Shown: positions 1 to 14,679 of the stretch, one piece after another
Layout: each line of letters starts with the position of its first letter
Numbering within the stretch: position 1 is the first letter of the stretch
Origin: the human T2T-CHM13v2.0 reference genome, Homo sapiens
Length of the DNA: 64,000 nucleotides
Assembly (NCBI RefSeq): GCF_009914755.1
Contig: NC_060927.1
Strand: one strand, 5' to 3'
The notes under the pieces: generated by a model
Seen by the model: only the letters and a program-made list of their open reading frames with translations
Database searches by the model: none
What the model was told of the DNA's origin: nothing
Program-made: the position numbers and the translations under genes

Positions 1-679
1 CCATCACCACATTTGCTATTAGTGTTTAACCTGCCTTGAACATTCATTGAATGTAGAGTGATTAAAAAAAAAAAAAGAAACGTTAATTGATCTACTCTGC
101 CCTTGTTACTCCCTAAAATAGTCTCATCTGAAATGTGATGACAGCTTGACCGACTTTGAACAACTTTGGATACTTTATGGGAAATGAACTCTTTCAAGCC
201 CCACTGACTTCTGTTCCTCGGCTCTATGGATGTCACTGCTTTGGTTCTATTACTTCCCAGCACAAGCCAGGGCAGGAGAGTCCTCATCCCAAGGAAGCCA
301 ACCAAGTGGAGACAGGGCTGGGCACAGGCAAGCCAGTCTGCATTTACTGAAACAGACTCTTTCGCTATTATGTGTTAAGGAATGGGAAAAGGTGAACAGG
401 TAGAAGTTGCTTTCCGGACTGGATATGAATCAATACTTCTAGGCAGCCACAATAAAATGCTAACTGGAGTTCATAATAAAACCCAGGGGCACTACAAGGT
501 TCCTAAGTGCCTCTGAATTTAAAAAAAGACAAATTGTGTTCACGGTGGTTGTATGCAGAACGTGTTTATTTCAGTCTAAAGATTTTAAACAAAGTAGTCC
601 TCACTTAATATATGATAATAAAAATCTGTTACATAGAATATCTTCTCCATTGATCCTAAAATCTACTGTAACTTTTTTT

Positions 680-1031
680 AAGGTTGAGTACTCCTTATCC
701 AAAATGATTGGGATCAATGATTTCAGATTTTTTAGGATCTTGGAATATCTGCATACACATGGTAAGATATCTTAGAGATGGGACCCAAGTCTCAGCATGA
801 CATCCATTTATGTTTCATATACACCTTATACACAAAGCCTGAAGACAATCTGATACAAGACTTTTGATAATTTGGGGCAAGAAACAAAGATTTGATCGCA
901 TTTATGACTGAGACCCATCACATGAGGTCAGGTGTGGAATTTTTCGCTTGTGGTATCATGGTGGCACTCAAGAAGTCTCAGATTTTGAAGTACTTCTGGT
1001 TTTGGATTTTCCTCTTAGGGATTTCAACCTG
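680..1031. mobile_element. Tigger4/MER46-type non-autonomous DNA transposon
   Basis: Terminal inverted repeats aggttgagta...tttcaacctg; internal gatgggacccaagtct and caccttatacac motifs. Confidence 0.8.
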
Positions 1032-1109
1032 CAACTTCCAAAAGCTCTGTTGTTAAGATGAGCATTTCAATTCCACACCAGATTTGCAGTCATAGTTAAA
1101 ATAATATAG

Positions 1110-1300
1110 TCTAATAATTGTGAAAACAGCATTTATCAATCTCACTTTATGTCAGGCATTTGTATTCGCTATCCTTCCAATGACTTTTCAAGGTGGGAAT
1201 TATCATGCCTATTTTACAGGGAAGGAAAACAAAGCTCAGAGTGGTTGACTATCTTGCCCAATGTCACACAGCTTCTAAGTAGGTATCCAAATACTGTGAC
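1110..1300 (-). mobile_element. MIR
   Basis: attttacag...aaagctcagag...cttgcccaatgtcacacagct core. Confidence 0.7.
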
Positions 1301-1408
1301 TGTCTGGAGGTGAAGCTTAAGGGAAAATCAGAGAGAGGAACTTTTCGAAAGAGGACTTTGAGAAAGGAGAGGCATCTGTCTTGGGATGTTAAAAAAATGT
1401 GTCAAGAA

Positions 1409-1536
1409 GCCAGGCATGGGGCAACCGTAGTCCTAGCTATTCAGGAGGCCAAGGTGGGAGGATCTCTTGAGCTCAGAAGTTTGAGGCCAGCACAGGCAAC
1501 ATAGTAAGACTTGGTCTCCAAGAAAAAAAAAAAAAA
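1409..1536 (+). mobile_element. Alu monomer (FLAM-like)
   Basis: Single arm with poly(A) tail. Confidence 0.8.
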
Positions 1537-1557
1537 TTGCCAAGAAACTGTGATCCA

Positions 1558-1876
<319 letters not shown>

Positions 1877-2164
1877 TCAGACTGTCCATGACTTGAAAAA
1901 CTCATCACACGCCTCCTTTCCAGTGACACTGCATGTTTTCAAGGACGACACAAAAATCATTCTTCTTTGGCTCTACCATTTGTAGAGTCCCCTCCCCCAC
2001 TTTTAAGAGCTTTGTGACTGTCAATCAGGTGCTTTTCAAACAATAAACGCTTAAGCAGTGACCTCATGATTAACTCGGTTTCACTACTCAGGCAACCTTT
2101 CAAAACAAATGTTAAAGTTAACCATTCTACAGGCACCAGAACATTAGCTTCTATTTACACACCA

Positions 2165-2520
2165 ATTAAACACATAATTTTTGGTGACTACTTTGTACTA
2201 AGCACAGTCTAGGCACTGGGCCTAGGAGGGAGAACAAGACAGACCTGGCCCTTCCCTTTCTGATACTACAGTCTAGCAGGAGATAGAGTAAGACATCAGC
2301 AATCAACAAATCCAGAAATAATTAGAGCCACTGTGAAGGAAGCCTCAGCCTTCATTAAAAAAAAGAAAAACTTAACTTCTCATTTTTAACCTACTCTAGA
2401 TAAGTCCATCAAGGAATTCATCCACGAAGAGGTGACATTTAATTGGAAACCCACAAGTAAAGAAGAAATCAAATAGCCAAGGAGCAGAAAGAAGGTTCAA
2501 GAAGATGGAGCACAGAGGCT
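2165..2520 (-). mobile_element. L2 fragment
   Basis: tactttgtactaagcacagtctaggcactggg...acagtctagcagg pattern. Confidence 0.5.
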
Positions 2521-2830
2521 GAAAAGAAAGCATGAAACAGTGCTTAAGAAATTAACTTATTGAATCGTTAGTGAAACAGAATTGTGTTGTTCAACTAATC
2601 CTATGTCTACTTCATTCTTCTTCAACCCTTTTAAGGTAAACAGAAGTACACAGATTACAAATATGCTTTCAATCAAATGACTTAATAAATACAAAATGTG
2701 TCATGTTGACAAACAAAAAAAAAACCTGTAAAAACATTAAGGAATTGATATAATTACCACAGAAAACAAATACCTTGGAGGTGGCCCTTGGTCCTGTCAA
2801 TGTGTACCATTTTTAAGGTTGTAATGTCAT

Positions 2831-3413
2831 GTGGTTGGCAGAATTCTCAGGTGACCCTTACATTCCTATGCCTGGTATAACACACCCCTTCCCAGAGAGT
2901 CAATCGTGCACTAATCCAGGTGCTATGTGAAGGGGTTTTGTGGATGTAATTAAGGTCCCAAATCAGCTGACTTGAAGAAAGGGAGATTATCTGAGTGGGC
3001 CTGATGGAATCACATGAACCCTTTCAATTGGAGTTTAGAGCCCAGAGATAGAGGAAGTCAGATTCTGAAGCACAAGAAAGACTGATGTGCCCCTACTGGC
3101 TTCACGATGGAAGAGACCATATGGCAAGAAATGTGGGTAGACTCTAGATGCTGAGAGCAGCTGCAGGCTGACAGCCAGCAAGGAAGCAGGGACCTCAGTC
3201 CTACAGCCAGAAGGAAATGGATTCTACCAACATCCTGGATGAGCTTAGGAGCAGATTCTTTCCCGGAGCCTCTTGACGAGGAATCAGTGCAGCTTCCACT
3301 TGCCTCCCTATTCTCTGAGGAGAGACTCCATTAACAGTGCACCTGGGCTTCTGACCTACAGAACTATGAGCTAATTTGTGGCAATTTGTTATGCAACAAC
3401 AAAAAACTAACAC
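2831..3413 (+). mobile_element. MLT1 (MaLR) solo LTR
   Basis: tgtgg...gatgtaattaaggtc...gggagattatct...ttgtggcaatttgttatgcaacaa...aactaacaca. Confidence 0.85.
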
Positions 3414-3534
3414 ACGCAGAAAAAGAGATGAAATCACACTGCTTGCATCTAAAGTTTATAAAAGAGTTTCTCTTAATGAGTAAGAACTCAGATGGGAGGG
3501 AGGTGGGAAGAGAGATAAGGGGGCAGGAAAGAAA

Positions 3535-3563
3535 GGGCAGGGCAGGGCAGGGCAGGGCAGGGC
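3535..3563. repeat. (GGGCA)n simple repeat
   Basis: Direct reading. Confidence 0.9.
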
Positions 3564-4039
3564 TTGCATACTGGTCCCACAAGGAACGACATGGTGACCC
3601 AGGGGAGCAATCGCTTCTCCTCTCTGGGCCTCACTTTCCTCATCTGCAAAAAGTTGGCAATAACAATGGGTGGTGGTGAGGGACGTCTTGGGAAAACACT
3701 AAGTGAAAACAGTTTGAAAGTTGAAAAGCACAATCCAAGTTATTTTATATTCTTTCCTGGACCATTTTCATTTTTAGCTTCCTTTTCTAATTATTTTGAT
3801 TACTTATTCTAATAATGATCAGGACACAAATACGGAATTGTCCTTGGCTAGAAAAGAGAAGAAGCATTTTAAGCTATTGTGGATCTTCTTGGCAGACCAT
3901 GCAAGGGATGTGGGGATACCTCCCTGGGAAAAAGTGAAAGGAGGTCAGCATGAGGTCCCTGGTGAGGAAAACCCTGTCTCTCATCTTCCTTCCCCTCTTT
4001 GTTGCACAGTCTTCTGGAAGATGAAGCCAGAGGCCTGCA

Positions 4040-4390
4040 TTTGAATCCTAGCTTCACTCCTGACCTTAGGCAGTGATCGAACCACACTGCACCACAGTTT
4101 CCTCATATGTAAAATGGAAATAATAATGACACCACCTCCTAAGGCTGTTGTGAGGAGTAAGTCATTTAAAATACATAAATTAGGCTGGGCACAGTGGCTC
4201 ACATATGTAATTCCAGTGCTTTGGGAGGCTGAGATGGGAGGATCGCTTGAGCCCAGGAGTTAGAGGCCACCCTGGGCAACATTGCAAGACCCCATCTCTA
4301 CAAAAAATAAAATAAAATGCATAAAGTACATGTTAAGAGAGTGTCCAGCACTTCATAAGCACCATGTAAGTGTTACGACGATTACTTTTA
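4040..4390 (+). mobile_element. MIR interrupted by a FLAM Alu monomer (4183-4317)
   Basis: cagtttcctcatatgtaaaatgg core; monomer flanked by aaaatacataaa/aaaatgcataaa. Confidence 0.75.
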
Positions 4391-5259
4391 CCACTGCTAT
4401 GAATAGGAGCTGATTTTTATTTTCCAGAAAATCTGTTGTCCCTCCAAGGGAATTTGGAAGATGGGGCTAAGTAAATATATAAAAATATGTTTATAATACG
4501 GCTTTTACTAATGACTTTTCACGTCGCACTATAAAACCCATCTAACCTCTGATGAAAAAGAAAACCCTTCTATACTCATGATTTTTGCCACATAATTTTA
4601 CTTTTACATGAATAGGAAAAAAAAAAGTATACAAGTCTTAAAACTTTGGCTTACTGCTTTTTAAGAAGTAGTTTGGGCAAAACCAGCAAAGACGATTCCC
4701 CTGCTAAAAGAGCCATGAAAGGTAAGAAATTTCAGCAAGAGGGTCAGAGATAAAAGCACTCAGAAAAAGAAGGCAAAAGTAAAACCAGACAAAGGCTGAG
4801 TCCACCTCCGGAGCAGAGACCTCTCATCCTCACTAGTGTATGTACTGAACTCTCTGTGGCCTCTTTCTCAGGGCTGGAGAATGAGCAGTGGAATCAGCTC
4901 TTCCCAAACCTACAACCCAGCATGCAAGGCAGCCAAAGAACCAGGCAATGAGAGTGGTGCCCTGGGAACCCTGACAGGAGCAAGAAATGTCCAAGACTGG
5001 GTGTTGTTCAGAGGTCCCAGTGCGTGTGCTAGAGTCTCCACACCTGAGCTGTAAAGAAAGCATCTCATTCGGCAGGTAAGATGGGTTGGCAGAAAAGTGG
5101 GCAGGAGAGGTTCTTGGGCAAAAGGCTGAGCGTGATTGTGCCCTGCTAGAAAATAAAAATGACCACAAGTGTTCGGGACCTGACAGAACGGGCGAGGAGG
5201 CTGAGAAGGAACTGGATGAATCACAAGAGATAGGCTGGGCTGTGTAGAGCATGTGCAGC

Positions 5260-6520
5260 AGTTTGGACTGACACATTGATTTTTGGCAGGGGGGTACAGA
5301 GTATGAGTCTCCTCACATGCATGGATGTGTATAATCACCAGCACAGTCAGGATACAGAAGGCCTCCACCACCCCCCAAACTCCCTTGTGCCAACCTGTTG
5401 TAATCACACCCTCCTCACCACCCCTGGCCCCTGGCAACCACTGATGGAGTCTCTATCACTGTTTTGTCTTTTCTGAAATGGCATATAAATGGAATCATAT
5501 AGTGTGTAATCTTTGGAGATTGGCTTTTTTTGACTTAATACCTCTGAGACCATTCTAAGCTGTGGGTCTGTTAAGAGTTCATCCCTTATTCTTGCAGAGT
5601 AGGATTCCATTGTACGGAGGTGCCACAGTCTGCTTACGCACATGCCCAGTGAAGCATGTCCAGGTTGTTTCCAGCTTGGGGCAACTATAAATACAGCTTC
5701 CACAAACCTTAGCCTATAGGTTTTTGTGTGAACATACGTCCTCACTTCTCTTCAATACATATACAAGAGTATGAGTAACTGTATGTTTATTTTTATTTAT
5801 TTTTTTTTTTTAAAGAAACTGCCCAGGCTGGGCGTGGTGGCTCACACCTGTAATCCCAGGACTTTGGGAGGTCAAGGCAGGTGGATCACCTGAGGTCAGG
5901 AGTTAGAGACCAGCCTGGCCAACATAGTGAAGCCCTGTCTCTACTAATAACACAAAAATTAGCTGGGCGTGGTGGCACATGCCTGTAATCCCAGCTACTA
6001 GGGAGGCTGAGGCTGAGGCAGAAGAATCGCTTGAACCGGAGGGCAGAGGTTGCAATGAGCTGAGATCGTACCACTGCACTCCAGCCTGGGTGAAAGAGCG
6101 AGACTCCATCTCAAAAAAACAAAAACAAAACAAAACAAAAAAAACTGCCCAGCTGTTTTCCAAGGTGGCAGCATCACTTTACATTCCCACCGGCAATGCA
6201 TGAGAGTTCACTTGCTCCACATCTTCACCCTCACTTAGAATTACCAGTAATTATTTTAGCCATTTTCATAGGTGTATAGTGGTATCGCATCCTATTTTTT
6301 TCCCTTTCCCTATAATTTTAAGTTGCATTTCCCTAATGTCTAATGATGTGGAATGACTTTTCATGTGCTTATTTTTGGTCAAGTCTCTTGCCTCTTTTTA
6401 AACTGAGTATGTTTGTTTTGTATTATAGAGTTTGGAAGGTTCTTTATATATTCTGTACACGAGTCCCTTGCTGGAGAAATGATTTTAAAACATTTTCTTA
6501 CAGTCAGTAGCTTGTCTTTA
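5260..6520 (-). mobile_element. Old L1M 3' fragment, interrupted by an Alu
   Basis: ccctggcaaccactgat...catataaatggaatcata...tttacattcccaccggcaatg...ttgcatttccctaatg. Confidence 0.85.
5826..6143 (+). mobile_element. AluS
   Basis: Full dimer; TSD aaactgccca. Confidence 0.95.
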
Positions 6521-8663
6521 ATCAGGGATTGTATCTGCACTTTTGAAAGTTCTTTTACACTATGCTATGGAGAAAAGACAGAAAGGATGTTGGATAGCAG
6601 CAACTTACTAGGAAATGAAAAATGCAACCCGGAAGCTGTGGATGGGCCCAGCGTCTTGAGTGCACAGAGAGGGAACAAACAGGATGCTGTCATGGCACAG
6701 GGAAGACTGGGAGAAGCAGTCCCTTCAGGGTGATGCTTTTAATGCTGTGACTAATGATGCCACGTAAAGGTGATGTCTTCCCGTCCTCTGTTTTTAGTGC
6801 TGCTGAACCATCCCAGGTAATAAATCAAAGAAGCCAGGGTGGCTATTTGTATGGCAAGATAAGGAAAATTAATTTCAATGCCCAAACATGGACCTCCTTA
6901 TATTAAAAAATGACTTAGCAATACCAGTCCTTTTCATGAGAATGTCTTGGAAAGCCAGCACTTGGAAAACACACACACAGGGCCAATCCACCCTCTGTAT
7001 TTTCAAGGGAAATACTGTTGTCTCCTGAGATTGGGGGAAGTTAAGGGGGAAGAATACATTATACAATGAAGAGCAAAAAAATAAAAAATAAAAAATAAAA
7101 ATCTGATTGAACAAAAAATGTTTGTGGACCTTCACAAAAGAGAGGATTATAATAATAAATTGCATGTAGCAGTCACACACTCACTTCTTTTAAAAACATT
7201 CACTATACTTTACAAACTACTCTAATTGTCTCATTGTCTCCGAAATTCAGATACTTTTGAGTTTAAAACGTAAAAATATCAACACTAGGACTGTGAACGA
7301 GAGCATAACTAACAATAGTGAGACTCTGAGGCAGCAACATGGCTAGAACATAGAATTAATATCTTGGCTGAAACACTAAGCGGAAGACAAAGTGCAAGGA
7401 AAGCCTGGAGACTCCTCCTAGTCCCCAGGGGCTGTGCCCTCCTCCCGGCTCTGAGCACAGCGCGGGGAACAATGTTAAGCCATCCATCACCAGCGAGCGC
7501 TGCTCTACTTGCTGGCGCCCAGTGAGCAAGGTTACCACCTGTCCAGCTTGCCTTTGAATGGTCCCCCACACAAAGCCCCTCGTGCTCCAAGTTCAAACTA
7601 GCATTTACTCTGGATGCCTAAATTACCTGGCGTTTCAGCCAGCATCTGTGCCCTACCTCTAACTTGGAGAAGTCTTAGTTTAACCTTGGATCTACTGACT
7701 ATATTCTGGGTCTGCACCAAGTAGGCACAATTTTCCTACACAACCCTCTCTTTGCTTCCCTTCTTGCCCCCTATAATCTCTTCCCTGCATAGCAGCCAGA
7801 GGAATCTTTTGAAAATGCACATCAGGTCATTTTGTTGCAAAAGATTTTGTGCTCAGGATCAAAGCCACATTCCAAAGCCTGCCTTTCAAAGATGGGGTCT
7901 TGTCCACACCTTCCTGTCTACCTTCATCTCATATCACCTTTACAACTGCCATGGTCTTGCTGCTCCAGCCATCTTCATGATCCCCTTCCCTCTCAGGGCT
8001 GTTCTTCCGCCATACACACTATTACTTATATCTCAACACAGCTGGAACCCGAAGATGTTAGCTGATCTTATCACCTCAGAGGTAACATCCTCTCCACCAT
8101 TAATGCCCCCCATCATTCTGTTCCACTGTCCTCTCAGCAATTCCACCATCTAAAAATATTATGCTTATTGATTTACAAATAAGTGTGAAATTTATCTCTC
8201 TCTACTGGATTGAAAACTGCCCTGAAAATTTTCTAGTCAGGTTCATCTCTGTCTACAACAATGGCTAAATCAATGTCTTGGTTATATCAACAACCAAATG
8301 AATAAATGATCATACCAAGGTAGGGAGGTGCTTCCAAGATCCTAGCCTTATCGGCATTTATTTTTAAAATAGTAAAAAAAAAATTCTCGTCATCTCAGAA
8401 GTGGGAATGCATTTTCAAATGTAATTACGAAAAATTTAGGAACCATAAAGAAAACACTTGATAAATAGAATTATGTTAAAACTGAATATGTCTAAAACAG
8501 CATAGCAAAGACAAAAGATCGCCAAAACACTAGAGAAATATTTGCGTGTCAGAACCTAGAAAGAAATTATAATTTTTATGGTTCATAAAAGTCGCATAAA
8601 TCAATATGGAAATAAATAAAATCCAATAGAAAATTAGCCAGATAATATGAAAATACAAATGTC

Positions 8664-8987
8664 GGCCAGGCACGGTGGCTCACGCCTGTAATCCCAGCAC
8701 TTTGGGAGGCCGAGGCAGGCAGATCACCTGAGGTCAGGAGTTCGAGACCAGCCTGGCCAACATGGCGAAACCTTGTCTCTATTAAAAGTACAAAAATTAG
8801 CCGGGCATGGTGACAGGCACCTGTAATCCCAGATACTCAGGAGGCTGAGGCAAGAGAATCACTTGAACCCGGGAGGCGGAGGTTGCAGTGAGCAGAGATC
8901 ATGCCATTCATTGCACTCCAGCCTGGGCAACAGAACGAGACTCGGTCTCAAAAATAAAAAAAAAACTAATAATAACAACAACAAAAA
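8664..8987 (+). mobile_element. AluS
   Basis: Full dimer with A/CAA tail. Confidence 0.95.
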
Positions 8988-11619
8988 GTCTCAAACATTT
9001 TTAAAAGGTTATTCAATCTCACTCTTAAAGAAAACTTGCATTTGTTTTACTGATTTGTTTTTATTACATTTTTTCTCATTTATTTTTGAGTCTCATACCC
9101 AAGAATAAGCATAGGCCCCTGAATGACAGGCAAAAACTGAAGCATACTAAGGCAAAGTAATTTAAATGCATTACTGTCTTCTTCCTTTGACATATACTTA
9201 TTGCTTAAGTGATTATGAGCACTAGCCTCAGTTTATTTATCTGTTAAATGGGAATATAGAACTGTCCTTAATTTATGACAATTTGGTGAGAATACATATA
9301 AAGCACCATTGAATCTATGGTTATCTTTTATTATTATGCCAGGTAATGGGAGGGTCACCAAACTAGAGCAAATGGAAATCCTGCTTTTCCAGTCCAGCAG
9401 GAAGGCAGACATGGGTGAAGCACTCTACTCAAAAGAGAAGGTGGTATATCTATAGTACTAGGAGTAAAGATAAATTGCTACATGAGTTCAAAAAGGAGGC
9501 AAGGGCACTTCCAGTTCAGGATGTCAAAGATTTCCTAGAGGAACTGGTGTTTAAACCAGAGCTTGAAGGGTAAAGACAATTTGGATAGGCCTCAGACAAC
9601 GTGCTTGTACAGTTAGTCAATAATAGTTCTTCTGCAATTATTAGGCCAGGTTCTGTGTCAGGCGCTGAAGACAAAGTAGAAGAGAACACAGACAGCCTCT
9701 ACTCTTGGGGCATTCTGAGTGTAGTGGGAAAGAGAGTTTAAGTACGTTTAAGAAGTAAAGCAATAACAGGCAGAAGGGTTGCCTGTCTGCGTGGGCTATG
9801 GGAGGAAAGGCAAGTTATAAGTAATGAACAGTTCTTGGATTGAGAGGCAGGGTATTCATAAATGTTTCTTACATTATGCTTTATAATTCACCAGCACATT
9901 GTATATTGTATTTAATAGAGTCTAAAGTACATTGTTTTTTTCTTTCCATTTTAACATCTCTAAAATTGGGATGCCTCTTAAAAGACATGGGATAAGAAAG
10001 CATTATGTGCTAACTAGCTTGGCTGCATTTTTACTTTATTACTGGTTTATAAGATAAAGGGCCTACAGAAGGCCCAATGAAATACGGCATATTCTTTTTT
10101 ATGTATCAAGTATTTTTTAGAAAGATATAAAAATATTTTTTAAAACTACATTTATGCCTTTTATCAGTCAAATAAGCTCAGTATTATTTTGTTTGCTATT
10201 AAAAAAAGACAGATATGGAAGGTATAGCCGATAAATACATAGATGAATTATGCCTCCATCTAATTCAGCTCGTGATGTAAAATCAGATTCTGTTAAAACT
10301 AAATGCATGACTTCAACTCTGTTTTCATCCATATATGCAATCAATGCATGTTTTCATTCTTCTCTTTCATTCTCTCCTCTCCCTTTTCTTATTCTTGGTG
10401 GGAAGGAGAGAAGGGAATGCGACAGGATTGGAAATCATTTAACAATAAAAGCAGCCATGAGAATTTACTAAAATAATTATCAACATCCATAACAATGCAA
10501 ATATTTTAGTCCCTGACTAATCCAGGTATCTGGATCATCTTGATACACAGTCTAATTTTGAAAAATAATTTGGTTCCACAAAAATCAGAGCTGCAATCCA
10601 TTTGAAAGTGTTTGGTTGGCAGTCTAATAGCAGGAAATGATTTTGCTAAAGCCATGGCAATTGCTTGACGCAGATTCTGATGCTCAGACTATTCTTCCTT
10701 CTTTTCCTCTCTCCCCACCCAATTTCCAAAGGAAAGCCACAAATCGGCTCTGCTGGGAGATAAGGGCGAAATCAACGAGTACTAGGGAGGATGCTATTTG
10801 GATGGAGTGGGATGCCCTGGCAGTGGCAATGCATGCATCTCTATTTTCCTTTAAAGAGCAATTATGATTTAATATGGTAAAATTATATCATTAAACCTAC
10901 TCAACTGGAATAAATTCTCCTTCTGATATGCATTTAGAAAGGCAGTTCATATTCTACCCCTAGAATATATCTATTACATTTTTGTGTCTATCCGCCACTT
11001 CTCTTTTTACCATGATACTTGAGATAAGTTTCAGACAGTCTGGCAGGAGGTGAAAAAAACACAACAACCCTGAAACTCGATACTTATCTTACTCATCGAG
11101 ACCTTTTTGATCTCTGTGAGTGAAAATTAATCCTTAACACCCTCCAACTTCCCAAAGCACAAATTTCTAACATCTTTTTACATTCTCTACAACACCCATT
11201 ACTTATTATTATTACTAGAATTTCCCCTTTGTTAAAAAAAAGCACTCTAATTTAAATTAATGAGTTAAGTTTACACTCAAATGCAGAACTGTCACATGCT
11301 TATTTTCCAGTTATGAATCTTTACCGCAAGCAGATTAGAAGTATCGCTTGTAATAGAGTTTTCCTCTAGTTCAACGTTAAGTATGTGGCATGGCGGTGTT
11401 TTGTTGTCTACCCCGTTACGGTCTCTTTTTTCCTCTTTTCGTATTCCCCAGGATACTGGCCCTGTGAAGCCAGTTGCCATGTCCCCATCTTTCAACTTCC
11501 TAGATTGTAAGATATTTGGAATACTGGAAAGACAAAGGGAAGGCATATGGGGGTCAAGAGTAGGCTCCAAGTCTGAAAATTATCGCCAATATTCCAGCTG
11601 CTTACCTTACTGGTTTAAG

Positions 11620-11815
11620 AGCACTGGCTTTAGCACCTACCACACCTGTGCAAATTCCTTCTTAGCCCCTTGTTACCATGTAACAAAGAGCCAGTTATTT
11701 AACTCATCTGAGTCTCAGCCTTCTCAACTGTGAAATGGGAATACTGCTACCTGGGAGCACAGACTTATTTGAGAGATTAATATAGCCAAGTTCTTGCAAG
11801 GTACACGTCATGAGT
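11620..11815 (+). mobile_element. MIR
   Basis: agttatttaactcatctgagtctcag...tgtgaaatgggaata. Confidence 0.6.
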
Positions 11816-12456
11816 GGACATTCATGCTGTATTTTATTGATCTTCTTTTGCGAAGACCCGGACTCTCACCCATATAAGTTAAATTGGCAGCTTTCACTAC
11901 GCGCGTCAGGATTTATATAATAGGAACACTGCCTAGTTCAATGTGGGAACAAAGTTGTATTGGGGGAGCACTTATGATTGTGGGGAAACAGGACAAAGAG
12001 ATTCTGAATGCTGCTCATCTGCCTGCCTGCCCAAAGACCACTAAATGTGTCCCTTCCTTCTTTTTTATTAAGGAGTTTGTAAAAGTAACCACTTGGGAAG
12101 AAACACGAAGGAACATTTCAAGGGCAAGGGATATAGCCACCTCTGCACTAGATAGAAAGACACAGGTGTGAAGTCCAGTAGTTTGGCAAAATGAACTCCC
12201 TTTAGTCGAGAGGATGCATGTCTAAAACATTTTTTTTTTTTTTTTTTTTTGCACAAAGTTAATGAAATAATTATTTTTTGGTCATACCTTGCATGGAAAA
12301 TCTGCCAATAGCATTTGACATTTAGACCCACTAGGCATCTTAAGTAGCCTGCTACTCACAAGACCTACCTTTTCCCACTGCCCTATTTTACAAACACTCT
12401 TAGCTCTGTCTCCTGCTCTCCTCTCCTCCAGGAAGCTGGAGAACAATCCACGAACA

Positions 12457-13045
12457 GTAGTGACTAAGATGGCCCCTAATGACCATATGCTTGTATTATG
12501 GCCTTCCCTTGAGTATGGGCAGGATCCATGAATGGGATGGAATACATTCCTTTGATTAAGTTATGCTGTGTGGCAAAAGAGATTTTGCAGGTATAAAGTC
12601 CCTAATCAGTTGACTCTGAGTTAATCAAAAGAGAGCTTTTCCTCTGTGGGCCTGGCCTAATTAGGTGAGCCCCTTCAAAGAGGGTCGGAGGCTGTTCCTG
12701 AAGACAGAGATTCTTTGGTTGGGTTTTGAAGAAGCAAAGGGCTGTGTTGTGGAGAGGGCCACACATAGGAAACAGTGGGTGGTCTCCATGAGCTTGCAGC
12801 CTCAGTGCTCTCCCTGCATGAATTGAATTCCACCAACAGTTAGTGAGTTTGGAAGGGGATCCCAAGCCTCAGGTGAGACCATAATCAGGCTGACCCCCTG
12901 AGTACAGATTTGTGAGACTCTGAGCAGAGAACTCAGGAAAACCAGGCCTGGCCTCCACAGAAACTGTGGAATGACAGATATGTGTTGTTTGAAGCTATTA
13001 AGTTTGTGGTAATTTATTACGCAGCAATGGAAAATGAATTCACAC
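12457..13045 (+). mobile_element. MLT1 solo LTR
   Basis: aagatggcccctaatga...taatcagttgactctgagttaatcaaaag...aagtttgtggtaatttattacgcagcaat. Confidence 0.85.
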
Positions 13046-13184
13046 ACCTGTGAAACCTTGCATAGTATATGAATGGGTTCCCCCAGAGGTGGGCTGAGCC
13101 CCACCTGAAACCACTTTGTGGAGGAGGCCCCCAGCGTGTGGGGGACAGCTGTGGCTCTGACCCCCACACAGACCTGCTCCTGTG

Positions 13185-13390
13185 CCCTAGGTCTGTGACT
13201 TACTAGTTCTATGACCTTGAGGAAGTAACCTGACTCTCTGAGGCTCTGTTTCCTTATCTGAAAAATGGGTATAACACCAGTGCTTACCCCACAGAGCTGT
13301 GGCAGAGATTAAAAGAGACAACACTCAGAAGGCAGTGAACCCAGGGCCTGGCACACAACTCACAGTGATAGAAGTTAGCTTTGGTATTAT
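13185..13390 (+). mobile_element. MIR
   Basis: tgaccttgaggaagtaacc...gtttccttatctgaaaaatggg. Confidence 0.7.
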
Positions 13391-14648
13391 TGAAATACAC
13401 ATTCCTGTTCACTGGCCTCAGTTTACCTATTTCCAACAACAAAAAGGGTGGAGTGGAAAGGTTCTGAGCTGCCTTCCCATTCTGACGCACTTACAGAGTC
13501 TTTGCTTAATAACTCGGCAAGTCCTTGCCAAACTTTCCATCCCTTCCCCACCCATGTGTACGGCAGGCACTCCCAAGTCACCAGCTTCCAGAGCCCCACG
13601 CTGGTCCATCTAAAGCCAGAATGCTGAACTTTGTGACTGAGTGCTTGCAACTGTTGTCACTATTCAGATAAGCACATCCTGCTTTCTGTTTACCGACCAG
13701 TTAAAGGCACAGAGGGGTACCCGGCAATTGTGCGGCACTTGGTGAAGGCGCCTCCCACACACCTGTGTCTCCCAACCCACCCAGCTCCTGCAGCCCTCTC
13801 AGGAGCAGAGCTCAGGCTAGTGAATATACCAGCAGGAATACCCCAGTGAGATGGGGAGAAGTGGCTAAAAGTTACTAGAATGCTGTCGCTGCCAAGTTTT
13901 ATTTTAGCCCTCATCAATCCAAACCTTTATTCCTGAATTAAGTATTCTCCAGGGACGTTTCCAGGTTTGCAGCTATTTCCTCCTAATGATTCTAGCCCAG
14001 CACCAAGCACATTTCAACTTTCTAAATGACTGGAAGGCTTTGAACGTTGACCACAGGCTGCCCCCACTGCCCCCCGCAATCATCTTGACCCCACCTAAGA
14101 ATTAGTACCATGCTTGAGAAAAAAAAAAAAAAAAGCTATTAATACATCAATGCCTTCTAATCCTCTTGGTTAAACATGAAATGACAACTGAAGATACACA
14201 TCATGGAATGGCCCTGTTGTATCTGCTGGGGTGTATGTAGGTGTGTCACATTAACCTAAAGAGGTGGATTCCAGCTTAACAAAATAAATCCACTCAAAGC
14301 TCCACTCTGATCAAAGGGAATTATTCTAAGAGACAATCATACCTGATGAGATAGCACCTCCACATCACAAGTCAGACAACCTAATGGAATAAATGACAGT
14401 AAATTGTAAATACTGTATACTTTCCTTTCTAAAGGTGTGTTTTCAGAGGTACGGCAATAAACATTAATGAATAACATTTATTGGGCCCCTACTATACACA
14501 TATGACACGTAGCATACTAGGTCCATAGTGATTATGTACAATTGACACAAGGCCCTCAAACACAAAGCAAACATTTATTGTGGTCTAGATATTGTGTAAT
14601 CTATTTGTTCTCATATAACTCTATGGAATTTTGTTTTTCCCCTTTGCA

Positions 14649-14674
<26 letters not shown>

Positions 14675-14679
<5 letters not shown>

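Noticed and set aside
4833-5437. 147-aa and 175-aa minus-strand ORFs
   Set aside because: Partly L1-derived, non-ATG starts, no homology recognised
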